Origin: a virus
Taxonomy: Duplodnaviria > Caudoviricetes
Reading direction: 5' to 3' (one strand)
IMG/VR virus record: IMGVR_UViG_3300037419_001217
Location: 1-40,705 of that record
Length of the DNA stretch: 40,705 bases
Below are positions 35,279-40,705 of the stretch, piece by piece; within the stretch, counting starts at the first letter, position 1; each line of letters starts with the position of its first letter. Both the position numbers and the translations under genes were made by a program. The notes beneath the pieces are model-generated. The model saw nothing but the letters and a program-made list of their open reading frames with translations. It was not told the DNA's origin and made no database searches.

Positions 35279-35466
35279 CAGCGGCTCCTCGGCGACAGGT
35301 CGAAGCCGAATGGATGCCGGTCCTTGACCCGGAACAGCGGCTCGCCTTGCGCGTTGAGCAAGCCAGTCTGCTGTGGCTCGTCGGTCGCTTCGACGATCGT
35401 GGTCACTGTGTGCGCGCCATCGTCATCGTAGATAGCGCCTGCTCGGGGCTTCACAACGTAGGCCAT
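35278..35466 (-). CDS. hypothetical protein
   Basis: TGLLNAQGEPLFR motif, coupled to terL. Confidence 0.55.
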   Translation of the reverse strand: MAYVVKPRAGAIYDDDGAHTVTTIVEATDEPQQTGLLNAQGEPLFRVKDRHPFGFDLSPRSR

Positions 35467-35614
35467 GGCTCGGTCCCTTGGTTTCTCGGGAATTTTTCAA
35501 AAAATAAAAATCGGGACGTCGAAAACAGGCTGGGCGAGGGTCCCGCGAATTTGCGTCGGCCGCGTAAAATCCGGGGGTGCCACCCGCCACACCCCCCGCC
35601 TCGCCAGGCGGCCG

Positions 35615-36154
35615 CTACTCATCATCGAACAAGCCGAGCGGATCGGAGGCCGGCGCTTCCGTGGCGCCGCTTGGCGCGCCCACAGATTCATTATCTGTTG
35701 CGTCCTGCCCTTGCGGGCCAGGCAATGCGCGGAACTCGGCGTCGGTGACTTGGCCCAGGTCACACAGAGGTAGCGGAGCACGGCGATTGGCAGCCGCCAA
35801 AGCCTCGGCCAAGTTCGGTCCGGCCTCGAGCTCAACGCCGATCTTCTCGCCAAAGCGCGGGCGATCATAGAAGCCGGCCAGCTTCAGCTTAATGTCAGCC
35901 GCTACGCGCACCCGTCGGGGGTCAGCGCCGTTATCGGTGCCTGTATCTGCGAGCTCGCACGCTTCATCCACGAACATGTCGGCGCGGGATTTCTGGATAA
36001 ACCGATATCGCTGCTGAAGCGCAAGGTCAGCCTCCAGCGTGTCGTAGAATTGTTGGGCGGAGATTCCAAACTCGGAGCGAGCCGCGCGGATCGTTCCGCC
36101 CTCGGCATATCGCGCGAGCGCAAGCAGCACCTTATTTTTCACGGCTTCAGACAT
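35615..36154 (-). CDS. terS: terminase small subunit
   Basis: N-terminal HTH, ADM..DE..ELAD, RFGEK; upstream of terL. Confidence 0.8.
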   Translation of the reverse strand: MSEAVKNKVLLALARYAEGGTIRAARSEFGISAQQFYDTLEADLALQQRYRFIQKSRADMFVDEACELADTGTDNGADPRRVRVAADIKLKLAGFYDRPRFGEKIGVELEAGPNLAEALAAANRRAPLPLCDLGQVTDAEFRALPGPQGQDATDNESVGAPSGATEAPASDPLGLFDDE

Positions 36155-36192
36155 AATCCGCCTTATACCTCAGTGTTGACCTAAAAAATAGG

Positions 36193-36223
36193 TGTTTACT
36201 TTCCGTCAACACGCGTCTAGTAT
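36193..36223 (+). promoter_or_regulatory. operator copy 9 (degenerate, 36193-36211) overlapping early promoter TTTACT-N17-TAGTAT
   Basis: TGTTTACTTTCCGTCAACA, with an extra half-site TGTTGAC at 36174. Confidence 0.65.
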
Positions 36224-36270
36224 CGTTCTTGTGCTGCAGGATTGCAGCGCCAAAACGTGGAGCCGAGAAA

Positions 36271-36486
36271 ATGCCCGAAAACGTGACGCCAAATCCTGAG
36301 TGCCCAATGTCTGTGGCCGACATCCGGCGCGATGCAGGGAAGTTCTACACGCTGGTCCGCGACTTCCATGCCGCTGTGCGCATCGCCAGCAACAAGCAAC
36401 GCTACGGCCGCAACGGCGCGTTTCACACAGTACGCGAGGGCTTCCTTGTGTGCTGGGACGCGAAGCCGTTCCCCGAGGGCCGCTAA
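36271..36486 (+). CDS. small early hypothetical protein
   Basis: First ORF after the promoter; start uncertain. Confidence 0.5.
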   Translation: MPENVTPNPECPMSVADIRRDAGKFYTLVRDFHAAVRIASNKQRYGRNGAFHTVREGFLVCWDAKPFPEGR

Positions 36487-36487
36487 C

Positions 36488-36700
36488 ATGCCAAGTCCTT
36501 ACCTCTCGCAGCCGCTGCGCAGCCATGCGCAATTCATGGCCGAACGCGCCAAGCCGGTGCATCGAATCATCTACAGCCACGGCGTTTACGATGTGGCGTT
36601 AATGCGGCGCAACGACGCTGGGACGTTCACAGTCGATCGCTACATCTCGACGCATGCAACACTCGAGGAAGCGCGGGCAGCAATGCCCGACGCGGAATAG
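36488..36700 (+). CDS. small early hypothetical protein
   Basis: SD GAGGG, C-terminal TLEEAR motif. Confidence 0.55.
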   Translation: MPSPYLSQPLRSHAQFMAERAKPVHRIIYSHGVYDVALMRRNDAGTFTVDRYISTHATLEEARAAMPDAE

Positions 36701-36712
36701 CCATGCGCCGAG

Positions 36713-36731
36713 TGTTGTCTAAAGGTCAACG
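36713..36731. promoter_or_regulatory. operator copy 10
   Basis: TGTTGTCTAAAGGTCAACG, intergenic. Confidence 0.6.
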
Positions 36732-36837
36732 TGGGCCGCCGTGATCAACGGACGAGACGCCAGCCGCTTGGCGCGTCGCAAGGCGCGTCAATCGGGTGCC
36801 GCCTTGGCACTGAAAACGCGAAACCGGAGAAACGATC

Positions 36838-37086
36838 ATGCAGGCGATAACGACAAAGTACCTGCCCGCCACAAACACCAAGCCGTCGCGCATCTCGGCG
36901 GCGAGCGAAAGCGGACTCCGCGTAATCATCTCGTACGACGACGCCTTCGACGCGCAGAAGAACCACGCTGCGGCGGCTGCGGAGCTATGCGCAAAACTGA
37001 ACTGGCATGGGCAGCTCGCCAGCGGCGCAACAAAAGCCGGATACGTGTTCGTGTTCATCACGGGCCGCGACGAATTCGAAGTGTGA
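36838..37086 (+). CDS. conserved phage early protein
   Basis: MQAITTKYLPATNTKPSRI.A...NH..AA..L..KL.W.G....GYVF; SD GGAG. Confidence 0.7.
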   Translation: MQAITTKYLPATNTKPSRISAASESGLRVIISYDDAFDAQKNHAAAAAELCAKLNWHGQLASGATKAGYVFVFITGRDEFEV

Positions 37087-37089
37087 TCC

Positions 37090-37377
37090 ATGCGGCACGA
37101 TCACACACCAACGCCGTGGGTTGCAGACGAAGACGACAACCTGACCGTCTGCAGCCAACGGCGGCCGGCGCAGCGACGCGCGCTTATCGCCCGCTTCGAG
37201 CGGCCGGAGGATTGCGCTTATTGCCTGAAAGCCGTGAACCATCACCTGGATCTCGCGACGGCGCTGGACAACCTATGCGACGCGCTTGTGCGAACGGGCG
37301 TCAACATCGCCCGCCATGCCGAGCTCAGTCGCGCTTATCACATTGGCCGCAAGGCTGTGGCGGAAGCGAAAACGTGA
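37090..37377 (+). CDS. hypothetical protein (HTPTPW type)
   Basis: HTPTPW...AVN.H.DL..AL pattern common in phage early ORFs. Confidence 0.6.
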   Translation: MRHDHTPTPWVADEDDNLTVCSQRRPAQRRALIARFERPEDCAYCLKAVNHHLDLATALDNLCDALVRTGVNIARHAELSRAYHIGRKAVAEAKT

Positions 37378-37386
37378 AAGAGGAGA

Positions 37387-37737
37387 ATGCAAATGCCAAG
37401 CGTCTATGACAGCGACAATTACGCGGGCCGAGTGAATTACGCGGCAACCGTCATTTCCCGCAACGGCGGTCGGACTCGGCACTTTGACACCTGCTTCGAG
37501 ATGCACGACGGAGACATGGTGGCGCTGGCTCTGTGGCGGCGAGCACAAAGCAACCCCAAGCTGGCCGAACGGATCCCCCGGTATCTCAACGTCGATCTAC
37601 GCGACGAATTGCTGGCCCGTTATGCCGATTTGCCAGCGCGAAAGATGGCCGAGACGGCCCGTCAGATGCGGGAGAAAGCCAAGCGGGACTTTGACGCCTT
37701 CATGACACGCGCCAAAGCCGAGGGCCGCAACACATGA
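37387..37737 (+). CDS. hypothetical protein
   Basis: SD GAGGAG. Confidence 0.65.
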   Translation: MQMPSVYDSDNYAGRVNYAATVISRNGGRTRHFDTCFEMHDGDMVALALWRRAQSNPKLAERIPRYLNVDLRDELLARYADLPARKMAETARQMREKAKRDFDAFMTRAKAEGRNT

Positions 37738-37822
37738 CCCGGCCCGCAGACGTCCTTGGGGCCATCGGGCTGGCAGCGCTCGCCCTTATCGCCGTGGCCG
37801 CGGCTTTGCACCCTGGCGGGTA

Positions 37823-38166
37823 GCGTTCCAGTTGTCCTTGAGCGTTCTTATCGGCTTCCGAAGCATTAGAACGCCGAAAAACCCTTTATCTATCACTACT
37901 TCTTATTATTGTTCTATTTGTTCTACTTAAACTTAAATATTCTTAGAGTAGAATCACATCTTATAGTGAACGTATGCAGGCAATGCATATGCACCTATAT
38001 CTATACCATATAACGTCGTTTTCATTTTCATACGGCTGGCGAGCCGCACTAGAACGCAGCGTTTTTGTCCGCCAAATGGCGCCTAACCAATTGCAACAAA
38101 ACGCGTTCTAGGGAATTGCTGTTGTGTAGCACACACTGGCACAATTCTAGTTGCTGTCGAGAACGA
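37823..38166. other. AT-rich non-coding region with GTTCTA/TAGAAC iterons, putative replication origin
   Basis: Sharp GC drop, about ten short repeats in both orientations. Confidence 0.6.
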
Positions 38167-38167
38167 G

Positions 38168-38198
38168 TGTTGTCTGATTGACAACGGGCCGATAACAT
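38168..38198 (+). promoter_or_regulatory. operator copy 11 (38168-38186) overlapping promoter TTGTCT-N17-TAACAT
   Basis: TGTTGTCTGATTGACAACG; -10 at 38193-38198. Confidence 0.75.
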
Positions 38199-38243
38199 CT
38201 ACATAGGGCGTGAATTCCAGCCCCCATAGAAGGAGCACCCGTC

Positions 38244-38708
38244 ATGGATGAATCCGAATTACCGCCTCGCCATCAAGCCGTGCTCGCCGTGTTCAAGTCC
38301 GGCACGGTGCTGGTGCCGCGGGAGGTTCAGGCGCTTCTATTCAAGGCAGGCAACGACATGCCGGGCACGACGCTGCGCCAGACGTTGTCGGACCTCGCCC
38401 GCTGGGACCGGCTTTTGCGGGTGTCGCATGGCGCCTACGCCCTGCCCGGCTACACCGGGCCAGCGGCCAATCTCACCGGATGGATCCTGCGCATGGCTGC
38501 AGAGCAAACGCGCAACCAAACCGCAGGCACCTTCCGTGCCGTCAACGCGCAATCGCTACGCCAGGATTACCGCGATCGCGTTGGCTATCCGCCGCAGGAG
38601 CACGTCTTCCGCGCGGAGCTCGAAAAGCTGGCGGCGGAGAAGCGCTTGACCGAATGGGGCCGCGGCACGTTTACGTTCGCACCCGATCCCCTCGGCCTGT
38701 ACGACTAG
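38244..38708 (+). CDS. winged-helix DNA-binding protein (possibly tandem wHTH)
   Basis: LRQTLSDL.....L.RV.HG.Y and EL.KL.....L...GRG.F wing motifs; SD AAGGAG. Confidence 0.7.
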   Translation: MDESELPPRHQAVLAVFKSGTVLVPREVQALLFKAGNDMPGTTLRQTLSDLARWDRLLRVSHGAYALPGYTGPAANLTGWILRMAAEQTRNQTAGTFRAVNAQSLRQDYRDRVGYPPQEHVFRAELEKLAAEKRLTEWGRGTFTFAPDPLGLYD

Positions 38709-39358
38709 CACCGTATTCCGATGACCGGCGCGGCCCATTCCAAAGCCACCTCAAGCACCTGGCCGCCAAGCAATGGCCCCAGTTTCCACCGTCCCCGATC
38801 GGCACCGCGTGACATGACGCGCACGGCCATCTTGGTGCCGGAGTAGCCGACGACGGCGAGCCGGCCCACGGCTTCGGGCTCCACGCGCTTGGATGGCGTG
38901 TAGAACATGAGCCATCCGTCGGTGAAGTGCCCGGGGGCGTCCACGCGCAGCGCCACGGTATCGACATGGGCGCTCGCTGGCCGGGGCACGCGAGGAGGCG
39001 AGCCGCCGTCCTTCGACACCCGTTCGCCGTGCACGTCCAAAAGACCCACCACAGGCGCCTTGGCTTCGCCGTCGCTGAGCTCGGTTACGCCGGCGGCGCG
39101 CAAGACGTCCTCATAGGGCTGGTCAAGATGGCGCGCGAGCTCGCCCACTTCCTCGAGGGTGATGCGCACGCCCCCGGCCAGACGCCGGGACAACGATGCG
39201 GGCAGCAACCCCATGAGCTTGGCGAGGGAGCGCAGCGAGATCGGCTTTGCGGCCATCTTGGCGAAGAACCATTCCCGATCGACGACAGGCATGGCCGGAA
39301 CGTTGCGGGGTTTGCTGCGCCAGTCTTTTTTCGTTTTCGACGTTGACCGTTTAACCAT
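38705..39358 (-). CDS. CI-like repressor (XRE HTH; alternative start at 39292)
   Basis: D.EWF....ISLRSLAKLMGLLPASLSRRL.G...ITLEE; divergent from the Cro-like gene. Confidence 0.8.
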   Translation of the reverse strand: MVKRSTSKTKKDWRSKPRNVPAMPVVDREWFFAKMAAKPISLRSLAKLMGLLPASLSRRLAGGVRITLEEVGELARHLDQPYEDVLRAAGVTELSDGEAKAPVVGLLDVHGERVSKDGGSPPRVPRPASAHVDTVALRVDAPGHFTDGWLMFYTPSKRVEPEAVGRLAVVGYSGTKMAVRVMSRGADRGRWKLGPLLGGQVLEVALEWAAPVIGIRC

Positions 39359-39535
39359 TTGCTGCCCCCTCCTTTTCCTGCGGGGCGTTGTCGTTTAGCC
39401 ATGTGTTCAAATCACCGCAACACAAAAACGTGAACGAGCCTTCGCAATATTCGGCGGATTCCCGCGAAAAAGCCCAAGCGCAATAGTGTTACTACGAAGA
39501 AACCCATGATGTGTGGCAAAGAAACAACTTGCCAG

Positions 39536-39554
39536 TGTTCACTAAATGTCAACA
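39536..39554. promoter_or_regulatory. operator copy 12 (degenerate), upstream of the cro-like gene
   Basis: TGTTCACTAAATGTCAACA in the repressor/cro intergenic region. Confidence 0.6.
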
Positions 39555-39564
39555 CTATGCCGTT

Positions 39565-39885
39565 ATGGTGAACAGCTACCCGAAAGACGAGAACGGGGTT
39601 CCGGTGCCGCCCAAGACGTGGGGGCCGAAGCCGCAGCCCAAGACGCAGGCCGAGGCCGTGTTCGCAAAGTTCGGCGGCGTGCCCAACCTGTGCAAGGCGC
39701 TGCGTGAGTACAAGCCGGACAAGAAGTGGTCCCGCAGCGGCCTCTACAAATGGAACCATCCGAAAGAGAAGCAGGGCCGCGGCGGCATGATCCCGAGCTG
39801 GGCGCTGCGCGATGTGCTGGCGTGCGCTCGTCGCGAGGGCATCGTGATTACGTCCGAGGACCTTTATCCGGGGGAGAAACGGTGA
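39565..39885 (+). CDS. Cro-like regulator
   Basis: QAEAVFAKFGG...L, S.LYKW..P....G.GG.IP. Confidence 0.75.
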   Translation: MVNSYPKDENGVPVPPKTWGPKPQPKTQAEAVFAKFGGVPNLCKALREYKPDKKWSRSGLYKWNHPKEKQGRGGMIPSWALRDVLACARREGIVITSEDLYPGEKR

Positions 39886-40046
39886 TGGCGGACACGGCTC
39901 GCAGTGTGGCCGCGATAAAACTACGCCTCATGGCGATCTGCGCGATCGACAAGGCGGTCGCCGGCGGCGCGAGCATGGACACCGTGCGGCGGCTTTTCGG
40001 AGATGCACTCGTGAAGGAGTGGGGCGCCACGGTGCTGGGGAAATGA
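39885..40046 (+). CDS. hypothetical protein
   Basis: Coupled at both ends. Confidence 0.5.
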   Translation: MADTARSVAAIKLRLMAICAIDKAVAGGASMDTVRRLFGDALVKEWGATVLGK

Positions 40047-40531
40047 CCTCCCGCCTCTACATCGCCGGCATCGACCCAGGCTTGAGCGGAGCCGTGGCCC
40101 TTTATCAGCCGGGCGCCAACACGGCGCCAACGATTCTCGATATGCCGACGTATGAGATCACCACCAACGGCAAGAAGCGTCGGCAGTTGAACATCTACGA
40201 GCTCGCGCGCTGGCTGGATCTGAACGCGCCGACGATCAAGGAAGCGGTCATAGAGGATCCGCGCAGCATGCCCACGGACGGCGGCGTGCAGGCGTTCAAG
40301 TTCGGATTCAACTGCGGCGCCGTGCAAGGCGTGGTGGCGGCGAATTTCATCCCGACGAAGCTGGTGGCGCCCAACGCATGGAAACGCGCGATGGGGTTGA
40401 CGTCGGACAAGGACGCGAGCCGGCGCCTGGCGAGTCAGATGCTGCCGCAGCATGCGGGGCTGTGGGCTCGAGTGAAGGACGACGGGAGGGCGGAAGCCCT
40501 GTTGCTGGCGATATGGGGAGCGAAGCAATGA
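40043..40531 (+). CDS. RuvC-like Holliday junction resolvase
   Basis: IAGIDPGLSGAVA, AVIE, AFKFG...G, P..WK, KDDGRAEALLLA. Confidence 0.9.
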   Translation: MTSRLYIAGIDPGLSGAVALYQPGANTAPTILDMPTYEITTNGKKRRQLNIYELARWLDLNAPTIKEAVIEDPRSMPTDGGVQAFKFGFNCGAVQGVVAANFIPTKLVAPNAWKRAMGLTSDKDASRRLASQMLPQHAGLWARVKDDGRAEALLLAIWGAKQ

Positions 40532-40614
40532 CGCACACCGAGGAAAACGTGCTTTTGGCCGCGGCGATCGTGCTGCTGTCCATTGTTTCACTGCTGTTGG
40601 TGCCCCACCGATGA
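40528..40614 (+). CDS. 28-aa membrane peptide
   Basis: ATGA coupling at both ends, single TM segment. Confidence 0.45.
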   Translation: MTHTEENVLLAAAIVLLSIVSLLLVPHR

Positions 40615-40705
40615 CCACCGATAAGGCCATGACACCGGAAGCCCCTATGGACTCACCGCGGGAACTGGATCGCCATACCTTCGCGGTTGGCGATATCCAC
40701 GGGCG
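40611..40705 (+). CDS. metallophosphoesterase / NinI-like Ser/Thr phosphatase, 3'-truncated
   Basis: Manual translation ends ...HTFAVGDIHG at the window edge. Confidence 0.6.
   Translation, partial: MTTDKAMTPEAPMDSPRELDRHTFAVGDIHG

Noticed and set aside
36808-36830. Hammerhead ribozyme core (CTGA...GAAAC)
   Set aside because: No CUGANGA consensus or stem II
869-39554. CRISPR array from the 19-bp repeats plus the Cas4-like gene
   Set aside because: Repeats are dispersed kilobases apart without spacers; DUF2800 is a standard phage replication-module nuclease
1-40705. Terminal repeat or complete circular genome
   Set aside because: The ends share no evident overlap and both cut through different ORFs

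Overview
The window is most of a GC-rich temperate podophage genome with BPP-1/APSE-like organisation, cut inside genes at both ends. The + strand from 1 to 13.5 kb is a replication and lysogeny arm: DUF5664 dNTP diphosphohydrolase, an isolated and degenerate SNF2-helicase C-terminal half, DUF2800 Cas4-like nuclease, DUF2815 SSB, family A DNA polymerase (Leu at the 762-equivalent position), a TraR-like zinc finger, an HNH nuclease, prim-pol/helicase, a C5 methyltransferase with a nested out-of-frame beta subunit, an intact attP (3' half of tRNA-Leu CAA) and a tyrosine integrase. The - strand from 13.5 to 36.2 kb holds lysis, T7-like tail and internal virion, capsid, portal and terminase genes. 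Then come small early genes, an AT-rich iteron-containing putative origin, a divergent repressor/Cro switch and a RuvC-like resolvase. The most striking unannotated signals are: (1) a 19-bp palindrome (YGTT[G/T/C]WC-N5-GWCAACR) found 12 times across the genome, six times placed exactly on the -35 box of a 17-bp-spaced sigma70-like promoter, including capsid and tail-fibre promoters; (2) several short +1-frame ORFs, some with good Shine-Dalgarno sites, nested in replication genes where host-frame codon usage shifts; (3) a structured capsid-gene leader that buries the RBS; (4) an HTH-metallophosphoesterase/SprT-protease pair inside the lysis region. All family assignments are by eye from motifs; no database searches were run.
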